Shown here: positions 23,727-32,850 of the stretch, in pieces
Numbering within the stretch: position 1 is the stretch's first letter
How the letters are laid out: the number at the start of each line of letters is the position of its first letter
Made by a program: the position numbers and the translations under genes
Assembly: GCF_031412795.1 (NCBI RefSeq)
Contig: NZ_JANODR010000017.1
Span: 1 to 64,000 of the forward strand
Reading direction: 5' to 3'
Length of the DNA stretch: 64,000 bases
Source: Archangium sp.
GTDB taxonomy: Bacteria; Myxococcota; Myxococcia; Myxococcales; Myxococcaceae
The notes under the pieces: generated by a model
Told to the model about the DNA's origin: nothing
Seen by the model: the letters and a program-made list of their open reading frames with translations, nothing else
Database searches by the model: none

Positions 23727-25259
23727 TCAGCCGACGGCGGCGAGCGCGGGCGGGCGGGCCTCCTGGTGGAAGGCCGTCCAGTCGGGGTGGCGGGTGCGGC
23801 GATCGAAGTCGGTGACGAAGCCGGACCAGTTGTTGGTGATCTTCCCCGAGGCCGTCTTGTACCAACTGCCGCAGTTGGCGGCCCAGACGGACGTGGAGAG
23901 CGCCTGCTGAAGCTCCGTGTTGAAGGCCGTCATCGTCTCGGGCCTGACGTCGAGCCAGAGCAGGTCCTTGTGCCGCAGGGCCTCCAGGCACTGGACGATG
24001 TAGCGCACCTGGCACTCGATCATGAAGATGATGGAGTTGTGCCCGAGGTTCGTGTTCGGGCCATAGAGCATGTAGAGGTTGGGGAAGCCCGACACGGCGA
24101 GGCCCAGATAGGCCTCCGCGCCGTCCTTCCACTGCTCGTGCAGCTCGCGTCCTCCGAGCCCCTGGATGCGCATGGGCGCCAGGAAGGAGGTGGCGTCGAA
24201 GCCGGTGGCGAAGATGAGCGTGTCGACCGCGTGGCGCCGGCCGTCCTGGGTGAGGAGGCTGTTGCCCTCGATGCGCTCGATGCCGCTGGTGACGAGCTCC
24301 ACGTTCTCGCGCTCCAGCGTGGGGTAGTAGTCGTCCGAGAGCAGGATGCGCTTGCACCCGACGGGGTAGTCCGGGGTCAGCGCCTCGCGCAGCCGGGGGT
24401 TGGAGATCTGCCGGCGGAGGTGGAACCGGGCGACCTGCTCGAAGAAGCCGCTCAGGAAGCTGTCGCGGCGGAAGGCGAAGAAGCGCGCCTCCAGCTCCCA
24501 GTAGATGGCGGCGCGGTGCAGGGCCGCCAGCGAGGGGAAGCGGCGCAACAGGCGCTTCTTCAGCTCGCCTACCTTCTGGTCCGACTTGGAGATGATCCAG
24601 TTGGGCGAGCGCTGGAAGACGAGCAGCTTGCCGAGCTGGGGGGCTATCTGGGGGATGAACTGGATGGCGCTCGCGCCGTTGCCGATGACCGCCACGGTCT
24701 TGCCGGACAGGTCATGCGCGTGGTTCCAGCGCGCCGAGTGGAACCAGGTGCCCTCGAAGGACTCCAGCCCCGGCAGGGGGGGCGTGTAGGGGCGGTTGAG
24801 CTGGCCCACCCCGGAGATGACAACGTCGGCCTCCAGTTCCTGGCCATCGCGGGTGCGCAGGCGCCACAGGCCGCGGGGCGCGTCGAAGCGCGTGCTCTCC
24901 ATCTCCGTGTGGAAGCGGATGTGCGAGCGCAGCTCGTACTTGTCCACGCAGTGCTCGAGGTACCGGAGAATCTCCGGCTGCGTGGCGTAGGTGCGGCTCC
25001 AGTCGGGGTTGGGCTCGAAGGAGAAGGAGTAGAGGTGCGAGCGGACGTCACAGGCGGCGCCGGGATAGGAGTTGTCGCGCCAGGTGCCGCCGATCCCGCC
25101 CGCCTTCTCGTAGAGGGTGAAGTCCTGGAACCCCGCCTTCTTGAGGTGGACGGCCATGCAGATGCCGGCGATACCGGCGCCGAGGATGGCCACGCGCGGA
25201 GAGCGACCGGGTTCGCTCGCCGTGCCGGACTTCGTCCTGGTGTCGACTGCTCGAATCAT
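23727..25259 (-). CDS. Flavin-containing monooxygenase (FMO/Baeyer-Villiger type)
   Basis: Two dinucleotide-binding motifs (ILGAGIAG; VIGNGASA). FMO-type motif region. 510 aa. Confidence 0.85.
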   Translation of the reverse strand: MIRAVDTRTKSGTASEPGRSPRVAILGAGIAGICMAVHLKKAGFQDFTLYEKAGGIGGTWRDNSYPGAACDVRSHLYSFSFEPNPDWSRTYATQPEILRYLEHCVDKYELRSHIRFHTEMESTRFDAPRGLWRLRTRDGQELEADVVISGVGQLNRPYTPPLPGLESFEGTWFHSARWNHAHDLSGKTVAVIGNGASAIQFIPQIAPQLGKLLVFQRSPNWIISKSDQKVGELKKRLLRRFPSLAALHRAAIYWELEARFFAFRRDSFLSGFFEQVARFHLRRQISNPRLREALTPDYPVGCKRILLSDDYYPTLERENVELVTSGIERIEGNSLLTQDGRRHAVDTLIFATGFDATSFLAPMRIQGLGGRELHEQWKDGAEAYLGLAVSGFPNLYMLYGPNTNLGHNSIIFMIECQVRYIVQCLEALRHKDLLWLDVRPETMTAFNTELQQALSTSVWAANCGSWYKTASGKITNNWSGFVTDFDRRTRHPDWTAFHQEARPPALAAVG

Positions 25260-25455
25260 GGGGATGACGGTTCAACCTTTCCGGGCTGGATCATAACCGG
25301 CATCCCCTGGCCCGCAGGAGGGCAGGGGCCCCGGCTCAACGTGTGACGAACATCCCCCAATACTCCGGGCGCGGAACGAGCGGGCAGGAGGGGAGGGCGC
25401 CAGGCCGGGCACCTTGCTTTGGACAGGGGCTCGCCCGTGAGTCACCATCCTGGCC

Positions 25456-26382
25456 ATGCCCACCTCCCCAGCCCCACGCGCTGCCCCCTGGTGGGTGGAA
25501 CGCGCCGAGCTTCTCCTGGCCTCGAAAGAGGCGCGAACGCTGGAGCTGGGCGCGCTGTGGGAGCTGTTCGAGCGGTTCTCCTTCGTGCGGGAGAACGTGG
25601 AGCCGGACCTGCTCGTTCTGGACGTGCGAGCCCGTCCGGAGCTCCAGGCCCTCTGGGATGCGCTGGAGGCACGTGCGGGCTCGGTGAACGACGCGCTGGA
25701 AGTGGCCGGAGAGGATGTCGCCGAGCAGCTTCGTACGGGAGCGCTCGTCCCGGCCCGCTTCCGGGCACGGTGGGAGGGGCTCGGCTTCACCGAGGCCTCG
25801 GATCGCGCGAGCACGGCGGCGGATGACTGGCTCGAGGGACTGCTGCGCATCTCCCGCCTCACCACCGGCCCGAACCGGCCCCCGTGCGGTCAGGTGAACC
25901 TGGCCTCGCGAGCGCAGCGCATCTCCGACTTCCTCTCCATCACGAGTCCCGGGCAGCACGACACGGTCTACGACCTGGGCTGTGGCAACGGGAAGTTCGC
26001 CATCACCGTGGCCGCGAGCTCCTCGGCCCGGGTCAAGGGCGTGGAGTACAGCCAGGCCTACGTCGAGTCCGCGCGCCGCAACGGCGAGCGCTTCGCCCTG
26101 TCGAATCTGGAGTTCATCCACGCGGATGTCCGCGACGTGGACCTGTCGGACGGCACGGCCTTCTACCTGTACTTCCCCTTCTGGGGAGAGGTGGCGCACG
26201 CGGTGGCCCGGATGCTCGGGCAGGCCGCGCGGGCGCGGGACATCACCGTGTATGCCTCGGGGCCTCGCAACGACTACGGCGAGCACTTCCTCGAGCAGGT
26301 GTCGCAGGGGGCGCTGGCGCTCTCGCCGCATCGCCTGGACTTCGCGGACGTGATGGTCCTGCGCAGCGCCGCCTTCGCGTGA
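25456..26382 (+). CDS. Class I SAM-dependent methyltransferase with N-terminal domain of unknown function
   Basis: Motif I VYDLGCGNGKF, motif II/post-I acidic residue, about 150-aa C-terminal MTase fold. Confidence 0.75.
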   Translation: MPTSPAPRAAPWWVERAELLLASKEARTLELGALWELFERFSFVRENVEPDLLVLDVRARPELQALWDALEARAGSVNDALEVAGEDVAEQLRTGALVPARFRARWEGLGFTEASDRASTAADDWLEGLLRISRLTTGPNRPPCGQVNLASRAQRISDFLSITSPGQHDTVYDLGCGNGKFAITVAASSSARVKGVEYSQAYVESARRNGERFALSNLEFIHADVRDVDLSDGTAFYLYFPFWGEVAHAVARMLGQAARARDITVYASGPRNDYGEHFLEQVSQGALALSPHRLDFADVMVLRSAAFA

Positions 26383-26480
26383 GGGCCCCGCGGTGCCTTG
26401 GATGTCGCTCGTGGTCGACTACGAGTGCTCGTCCTTCGACAACGGGAGGAGACGATAGGGGCACCCTGGCTGCTGCGGTC

Positions 26481-26575
26481 TCATTCCCCCAGCCAGTAGA
26501 GGCTACGCCGGGTGCGTAGCACCTGCTCCAAGAACTCCGAGAACGAGCTGGCGATCTGTGTGCAGTATTCCGGGT
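26481..26575 (-). pseudogene. Orphan 3' fragment of a SUKH/SMI1-KNR4 immunity gene (about 30 codons)
   Basis: Translates to ...NPEYCTQIASSFSEFLEQVLRTRRSLYWLGE*. This aligns to the C-terminus of the adjacent full-length immunity protein (NKEYTWPLASSFSEFLAKALRSGGHQFWLDQQGK*). Confidence 0.45.
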
Positions 26576-26638
26576 TGGGTGTTGTTGGGCTCCACCGGGT
26601 TGCCACCCTCCGGTGAGGTTCAGCATCAGCAGGGCCAC

Positions 26639-27121
26639 TTACTTTCCCTGCTGGTCCAACCAGAACTGGTGTCCGCCGCTCCGCAGCGCCTTGGCCAGGA
26701 ACTCGGAGAAGGAGGATGCGAGCGGCCAAGTGTATTCTTTGTTACGCCATGCCTCCTTCCAGCCGTCCAGGAGGGGGTAGCGGCCATCGAGCTGTCGACT
26801 CACGTCCACCATGACGTAATCGCCATCCTGCACATCACAGATCGCATAGATGGATTCAGGACCCCACTGGTCTTCATCCTCACCGAAGATCGCTGCCCGT
26901 CCTCTCTCGATTTCGGACAGCGGGAGGATTCTGAATGGGGCGAATGGAGGTGGCTCGAACAACCGTGCCCCATTGCAGTGCAGGTAGAAGGCCCGCAGGT
27001 CCAGGTCCAGTTTCCACCCCACCCGCCGCTCGAACTCTTCGATCTCCTCAGGCGTGGCAGGCGGGTGCGGGAAGTGGTCGCGGGAGACCTCTTCGAGCAG
27101 GTTGCTCATCGGGGTGGTCAT
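26639..27121 (-). CDS. SMI1/KNR4 (SUKH-1) family immunity protein
   Basis: 160 aa. SUKH-1 pattern (PATPEEIEEFERRVGWKLDLDLRAFYLHCNGARLF...). Start ATG overlaps the stop of the upstream lipoprotein gene (ATGA). Confidence 0.75.
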   Translation of the reverse strand: MTTPMSNLLEEVSRDHFPHPPATPEEIEEFERRVGWKLDLDLRAFYLHCNGARLFEPPPFAPFRILPLSEIERGRAAIFGEDEDQWGPESIYAICDVQDGDYVMVDVSRQLDGRYPLLDGWKEAWRNKEYTWPLASSFSEFLAKALRSGGHQFWLDQQGK

Positions 27122-27123
27122 TG

Positions 27124-27780
27124 TCAGTTGTCTGTATAGGGCAGGTTGGGACCCACCGAATTCCAGGGGGCCTGTCCATCGTAACACTTCGGATACTCTC
27201 GGTTGAATACATCGTGAACTGTTGGCTCCGCCGGGATGATGTTGTTCCCATCGAGCGGAGCACCCCAGTGCCAGAGGTCTCGGATGTGGTGCCCTGGCCA
27301 AGCCCTGCCGCTCTCGACGGGCCACTCTCCGAATTTCTCGCTCCACGCATTCCGAAAGGATCTCATGCCGTTGCGCCACTCATTGCGTGCAGCCTCATTC
27401 TCCACCTTCGTACGCGTGGGGAATTTGCAGCAGCAGTGATAGATGCCGTAACGGCTCCCAGCCCTGACGGGAACGGGCAAGGGGACGAGGCGTCCCTCCC
27501 AATCGAATTTGAGGTCGGCCAGCCACATGCAGCCCTTGAGCGCATGGCCCTCCCTGTCGCACTGCTTCTGGCAGTCATTCATGAACTCCCGGCGGCATTG
27601 CCAGGGGCCATAGTAGAGCGTCGTCTTCATCCGCCCGCCCAGCACGTCCAGCCAGGGTAGTTCCTTCTTCGTCGCGGGTTGGACTCCTGGAGAGGGCGAA
27701 GGGCCAGATCCACCCGTCCCCTGGTTTGTCGCGCATCCGGTGAGGACCATCAACGACACCAATGTTGCGGCCAGCTTCAT
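27124..27780 (-). CDS. Cys/Trp-rich lipoprotein, candidate polymorphic toxin (SitA-like) cognate to the downstream SUKH protein
   Basis: Lipobox LMVLTGC; 218 aa; 10 Cys including CCC. No recognisable enzymatic motif by eye. Assignment rests on genetic coupling to the SUKH gene. Confidence 0.5.
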   Translation of the reverse strand: MKLAATLVSLMVLTGCATNQGTGGSGPSPSPGVQPATKKELPWLDVLGGRMKTTLYYGPWQCRREFMNDCQKQCDREGHALKGCMWLADLKFDWEGRLVPLPVPVRAGSRYGIYHCCCKFPTRTKVENEAARNEWRNGMRSFRNAWSEKFGEWPVESGRAWPGHHIRDLWHWGAPLDGNNIIPAEPTVHDVFNREYPKCYDGQAPWNSVGPNLPYTDN

Positions 27781-27870
27781 GGAGACCCTCTTGAGGATGG
27801 CACCCCTGATGGGTAGCCATTCCGATAAACTACCCGGCGGGTCCGACAAGCAGCGCCGAAGCGCCAGGCC

Positions 27871-28896
27871 TCACGGGAAGGTCACGTTGCCGAGGGTGAC
27901 GACACGCTTTCCGCTCTCGTCCCACAGCTTCAAGGTGAAGGGGCCTCGGGCTTCCCGGGCCGTCAGCTCCGTCTCCACCACGACCACTCCCGGCCGCTTT
28001 GGGTTGGGTGGGATGGGTGAGGGCTGCCAGATGAGCCTGAGCGGCTTCACCTCCTGATTCTTCCCCACCAGCACCGCACCGTTGACCGTCCAGGGCAGCA
28101 TGCCCGGGTTCGTCAGCTCCACCGCCACGGCCACCCGCACCACGTCCACCACACGTGTGGTGAAGCGATAGCTGATGGCCTTGTGGAGGCCGAGGGCGTT
28201 GCTCGGGGCCTTGATGACGCTCCTCTCGATGTCCTCGGCCTTCGTACTCTGGTCGCCCACGACCAGCGCCCCGCTGTCAATCAGCCCCGCGATACCGCCC
28301 GGCCCCTGCTCCAACCGCATCCGCTCCAACTCCTGGCCGAGCCGCCGGGACTTCTCGCGCTCCTCCTGGAGTTCCTTCTGGTAGTCCTCCACGGTGCGCT
28401 TGTGGCGGTACACGTCCACCTGCCGTGCCCCGAGCGCGGGGTGGCCCACCAGTTCGAAGGTGGCGCCCGTCGGAGCCGCACCATCCGCGAAGCGGACCGT
28501 CACCTTGAACCGCTCGCCGGGTTGAAGGTCCGCTGGGGGGAGGATGCTGAAGCTCCGCTTCCCGGGCGCCACGTCCTCGAAACGCTCAGGCTGCTGTAGC
28601 TCCAGCGAGCCCGGCACCAGCAATGAATCGAAGCGGAAGGTGGTGGACAGCTCCGGGCTGATGCACACCGCCTGCGGCTTGCCGGTGGGTTCCGCTGGCA
28701 GCTCCAGTCGGGACGAGGACGCTTCGCAGTCCGGCGGATGCGGCTGGGCGGTGGCGCCGGCCCCCGCGAAGAGCACCAGCGACAGGAGAGCGGCGGGAGA
28801 CAAGACGGACACGGAGTGGAGACCTCTCGCAAGGGGAATGAAACCGCGAACGTGGTCTCTACTACACCTTCCTCTCGGGTAGGGCGTGGCCCCCAT
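27871..28896 (-). CDS. DUF2381 (TIGR02268-like) family secreted protein, kinase-associated
   Basis: Signal peptide. Family-typical architecture with a coiled-coil (KELQEEREKSRRLGQELERMRLEQ) between beta-rich halves. Lies immediately downstream of a Ser/Thr kinase. Confidence 0.65.
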   Translation of the reverse strand: MGATPYPRGRCSRDHVRGFIPLARGLHSVSVLSPAALLSLVLFAGAGATAQPHPPDCEASSSRLELPAEPTGKPQAVCISPELSTTFRFDSLLVPGSLELQQPERFEDVAPGKRSFSILPPADLQPGERFKVTVRFADGAAPTGATFELVGHPALGARQVDVYRHKRTVEDYQKELQEEREKSRRLGQELERMRLEQGPGGIAGLIDSGALVVGDQSTKAEDIERSVIKAPSNALGLHKAISYRFTTRVVDVVRVAVAVELTNPGMLPWTVNGAVLVGKNQEVKPLRLIWQPSPIPPNPKRPGVVVVETELTAREARGPFTLKLWDESGKRVVTLGNVTFP

Positions 28897-28930
28897 TCAG
28901 GGTGCGGCCCGCTCCATCCCCGGGCCGGTC

Positions 28931-30775
28931 CTACTCGAAGCGGTCCACCACCTTCACATTCGGGGAGGAGTGAATCTTGACGGTCTCCTTCCCGGAGCCG
29001 GGCTCCATTTCAGCTCCGCGCTTGCTCTCCTGCCACATCTCCAGGCAGACCTTGTACGTGTCACCTTGGGGCGTCCGGGCCTCGGTGAAGCGGCCATGGA
29101 CCCGACCTTCCCCGAAGAGGAGACGCCCCTGGAGGAGGGTGCCCTCCGGCAGCTTCCCCCACGGGCCCAGAATCTCCACCGAGGTGAAGCCCTCGCGTAC
29201 GGGGATTCGCTGAGGCTCCATGTCGAGGGGGAGAAATTCGATGCCATGCGTCCAATCGATGCGGATGCCGAGCGTGTTGGTCATGGTCTCGACGGCCCCC
29301 GCCGGGCACGGCTCTGGCTCGGGGGTGGTGCGCACCTGGGCACCGGGACAGGCCGTGTTGGCGGCGGCGGCGGCACCGAGACACCACTTCGCCATGGGTG
29401 AGAGGGTCCCCTTCTGCTTCGTGTCCCCCTGGGGGTTGGGGGCCTGCGGCTTCTTCAAGGCGTCGTCCTTGGGTCGCGTCACCAGCGAGGCGACGACCGC
29501 GGGGGGTTGCTTCGCCGGGGGCGGAGCTGCGGCTCGTTCAGCTTCCGGCGGCGGCCACGCGGGCGCCACTTCCTGGCCCGGAAGCAAGCTCAACGTCGGG
29601 GAGGGGGGAGACGACGCCAGGGGTGGGGGCTGTGGCGTGGGCTTCCACCGCTGCGCGAGCCACCACCCGGCCAGGGCAACACCCACCAGCACGGTCATCC
29701 ACACCAACGCACGGCGGAGCGCCTGGAGCGCCATGTCCCGCAGGGGCAGGTCGGCCACCGTGGCCGGGGTCGGTTTCGCCGGAGCGGGCTCCACCGGTGG
29801 CGCGGCGGCCTCGGGCTTCTTCTTCCGTGCCGCGGCCCCCCGGCGGCCTCTCCTCGGTACACGGGGGCCTTCATGCAGCGGCACCCGCCAGGAAGCATCC
29901 GCACGGGCCAGCAGGTGCGTCAGCTCCTTCCCCAGCTCCAAGACACTCGGGTAACGCTTCTCCGGCGTCTTCTCCAGCAGCCTCATGCACACGTCACTCA
30001 CCACCAGCGGCACGTGGGGGTTGACGATGTGCGGCGGCAGCGGCTCCTTGTGGATGACGGCCTTCACCGAGGCCTCGTCATCCCATGCCACCTCGAAGGG
30101 GAAACGATGGGTGAGCAGCCGGTAGAGCACCACGCCCAGGGCATATTGGTCATCCGCCTTCCCGGGCCGGTAGGTGACTCGCCGCTCGTTCCAGTGCTCC
30201 AGGCCGAAGCGCCACGCCTCGGGGCTGCGGTAGTGGGGCGTCCCCGGGGGGAACATGCCCTCGGTGATGGTGGCCTGTCCCTCACGCTTGGCGGACCCGA
30301 AGTCCAACAGCACCGGCTCGCCATCCTCGTCGCGCACGACGATGTTGGCTTCCTTCACGTCCCGGTGGACGACATTCTCGTCATGCACCACGGCCAGCCC
30401 CCGCACCACCCCCACCATCTTGCCCACCACGGCCAGCGTGTCGGGGTTCTCTTCCCAGGCCCACACGTCGAGCGGACGGCCCTCGACGTAGAGCATCTTC
30501 AAGCAGAAGAACTCGGGCAGCACGGGCGGCCAGTAGCTGAAGCCCACCTGCCGCACGAGGTTCTTGTGCTGGAAGGACATGGCGAGGGTGCCCTCGCGCT
30601 CGGCCCACTGCCTGGCCCGGTGGAGCGGGACGAACTTGAGGGCCAACAGGGTGCCACTCAGCTTGTCCCGTGCCCGGTACACGGTGCCGTAGCCCCCTCT
30701 ATCCACCAGCTCTTCGATGATCGCGCCGTTGACGCTCGTGCCGGGCGGCAGGTCCGGCGTGTCTCGCTCGCTCAT
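28931..30775 (-). CDS. Ser/Thr protein kinase with TM segment and C-terminal extracytoplasmic domain
   Basis: GGYGTVYRARD, ALK, HRDVKEANIVV, DFGSAK. TM (LVWMTVLVGVALAGWWL). Pro-rich linker. Confidence 0.9.
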   Translation of the reverse strand: MSERDTPDLPPGTSVNGAIIEELVDRGGYGTVYRARDKLSGTLLALKFVPLHRARQWAEREGTLAMSFQHKNLVRQVGFSYWPPVLPEFFCLKMLYVEGRPLDVWAWEENPDTLAVVGKMVGVVRGLAVVHDENVVHRDVKEANIVVRDEDGEPVLLDFGSAKREGQATITEGMFPPGTPHYRSPEAWRFGLEHWNERRVTYRPGKADDQYALGVVLYRLLTHRFPFEVAWDDEASVKAVIHKEPLPPHIVNPHVPLVVSDVCMRLLEKTPEKRYPSVLELGKELTHLLARADASWRVPLHEGPRVPRRGRRGAAARKKKPEAAAPPVEPAPAKPTPATVADLPLRDMALQALRRALVWMTVLVGVALAGWWLAQRWKPTPQPPPLASSPPSPTLSLLPGQEVAPAWPPPEAERAAAPPPAKQPPAVVASLVTRPKDDALKKPQAPNPQGDTKQKGTLSPMAKWCLGAAAAANTACPGAQVRTTPEPEPCPAGAVETMTNTLGIRIDWTHGIEFLPLDMEPQRIPVREGFTSVEILGPWGKLPEGTLLQGRLLFGEGRVHGRFTEARTPQGDTYKVCLEMWQESKRGAEMEPGSGKETVKIHSSPNVKVVDRFE

Positions 30776-31042
30776 GGCGCCTCACGCTAACAGTTGTCCG
30801 GGTCGGATACCTACCTGTCGAGGCCCCCACGCGGCGCCAACTTTTCGGGGAGGAAAGCACCGCTCCAGGACGCGGCGCATGAGCCCTGGACGTAGAGTCC
30901 AGTCGTAGTCGACTACGATTGCTCGTCCGCCTGGTGCGTCGCCGACCAACAGGCGCACCGCTCTGTGCCGTGCGCGCTCCGGCCCCTTCCCAGCACCCGT
31001 CGAGATGCAGACGCTTCCCAGGAACGCTTCACGGAGGCGAGC

Positions 31043-31477
31043 ATGCAGAGCGCCAGCGTCCTGGAGAAGCATCGCCAGGCTCTCGGAATCCTTTATGTGG
31101 TGTTCAGTGCCCTGATGGCCTTCGCGGGCATCGCGGTGTTCGCCGCCTTCGTGCTCGGCGCCTTGTCCGTGAACGACCCGGACTCGCCCGTCATGCTGGG
31201 GCTCGGTGGCGCGCTGGCGGCCTTCCTCCTGCTGCTCTCCCTGCCCGGGTTCATCGGTGGCATCGGCCTGCTGAGGCGGCGCCCCTGGTCGAAGGTGCTG
31301 ACCCTCATCGTCGCCATGCCGAACCTGGCCAGCTTCCCGGTGGGCACGGCCCTGGGTCTCTACACCATCTGGTTCTGGGTGCAGCCCAACGTCGAGCGGC
31401 TCTTCCATTTCCGGGGGCGCGAACCTCGTGACTCCGAGCTGGGAGGGCCGGGCTTCCGGCGTCCGCTGATCTCCTGA
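31043..31477 (+). CDS. Small polytopic membrane protein (hypothetical)
   Basis: 3-4 predicted TM helices; start at MQSASV. Confidence 0.45.
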   Translation: MQSASVLEKHRQALGILYVVFSALMAFAGIAVFAAFVLGALSVNDPDSPVMLGLGGALAAFLLLLSLPGFIGGIGLLRRRPWSKVLTLIVAMPNLASFPVGTALGLYTIWFWVQPNVERLFHFRGREPRDSELGGPGFRRPLIS

Positions 31478-31569
31478 CAGGCGGGTGCAGGAACTTCACC
31501 ACGAGGCCCATGTGCGTGACATAAGGGCCGCCCGCCGCCCGAGGCTGGCGGCAACCCCGAGGAGGGTTC

Positions 31570-32052
31570 ATGGAAATCACGAAGGACCGTGTCGTCTCCA
31601 TCGAGTACAAGCTGCACCTGGGCGACGGGAATCTCATCGACGAGAGCGATCCGGGGGACCCGCTCGTCTACCTGCACGGGTATGAGGAGATCGTCCCCGG
31701 GCTGGAGAACGCGCTCGCGGGCAAGAAGGCGGGCGACTCCTTGAAGGTCCAGGTCAAGCCCGAGGACGGCTACGGGGAGTACGACCCGGACGGCGTGGAG
31801 GAAGTGCCCCGCGAGGAGTTCCCGCCGGACATGGAGCTGGAGGAGGGCGGCGTGGTGACGGCCACCGACGAGGATGACGAGGAGGTGGAGTTCCTCGTCA
31901 AGAAGCTGAACGAGAAGACGGTGGTGGTGGACTTCAACCACCCGCTGGCCGGCAAGACGCTCCACTTCGAGGTGTCGGTGCGCGAGGTGCGCGCGGCCAC
32001 CGCGGAGGAACTGGAGCACGGCCACGCGCACGCTCCGGGCCACGAGCACTGA
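31570..32052 (+). CDS. slyD: FKBP-type peptidyl-prolyl isomerase SlyD with His-rich tail
   Basis: SIEYKLHLGDGNLIDES...LVYLHGYEEIVPGLENALAGKKAGDS. IF-domain. C-terminal HGHAHAPGHEH. Confidence 0.85.
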   Translation: MEITKDRVVSIEYKLHLGDGNLIDESDPGDPLVYLHGYEEIVPGLENALAGKKAGDSLKVQVKPEDGYGEYDPDGVEEVPREEFPPDMELEEGGVVTATDEDDEEVEFLVKKLNEKTVVVDFNHPLAGKTLHFEVSVREVRAATAEELEHGHAHAPGHEH

Positions 32053-32082
32053 GGCCGGGCCCGGCATCGCCTCGCGCGCCGC

Positions 32083-32850
32083 CTAGAAGGCGGTGCCGAG
32101 GCTGGCGCCCACGAAGGTGTCGTCCAGGTAGCCGCGGCGGAAGCGCATCAGCTCGACGCGCCAGGCCAGCCGCACGTTGGACTCGGAGGACACCTTCGTG
32201 CGGCCGCGCAGGCCCACGCCGTACTGGATGAGCGACTTGAGGCCGTCCACCGACGTCAGCTTGTCACCCACCGTCAGCGCGGTGTCCGTGTACGCGACGC
32301 CGCCGCCCACCTGCACGTAGGCGCCGTAGTCCTTGCTCTGCCCGAAGGTCAGCTCGTACGCCGGCGCGATGGTGGCGTAGTGCAGCCGCGTGTCGCCGAT
32401 GATGAGCCTGGTGCCCTCGCGCACGCTGGCGTACGTGTAGCGCACGTCGAACCAGAGCGCCTCGCGCAGCGCCTCCACGTTGAGCAGGCGCCCGTACTCC
32501 CAGGTGAAGCGCCCGCCCATGGCCGGCAGCACGTCAGCGAACTGTCCCTTCGGGCTGCTCAGCAGCATGGCGCCGCCGAGCACCTCGAAGGCGACGCCCG
32601 TGTTCGGATCATCCAGGCCCGCCAACCGGTCGAAGTCCTTGTCCTCCTCGTCCTCCTCCTCGGAGGTGCGGCGGAAGTCGTCCGGGGTGTCCTCGGGCTG
32701 GGAGCGGCGGCGCGGGCTCTCCTCCTCGCTCTTCTCCTCGTCCGGGTAGGCGTAGGGCGCGTCCTCGTCCTGGGCGAGCGCGGGCGCGGAGAGGGCGAGC
32801 CCTCCCAGAAGGCAGGGCAGGAGCCAGGAACTCGAGGCGGCGGTCTTCAT
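32083..32850 (-). CDS. Outer-membrane beta-barrel protein (hypothetical)
   Basis: Signal peptide. Acidic low-complexity N-region. Alternating amphipathic beta strands. C-terminal ...GTAF. Confidence 0.6.
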   Translation of the reverse strand: MKTAASSSWLLPCLLGGLALSAPALAQDEDAPYAYPDEEKSEEESPRRRSQPEDTPDDFRRTSEEEDEEDKDFDRLAGLDDPNTGVAFEVLGGAMLLSSPKGQFADVLPAMGGRFTWEYGRLLNVEALREALWFDVRYTYASVREGTRLIIGDTRLHYATIAPAYELTFGQSKDYGAYVQVGGGVAYTDTALTVGDKLTSVDGLKSLIQYGVGLRGRTKVSSESNVRLAWRVELMRFRRGYLDDTFVGASLGTAF

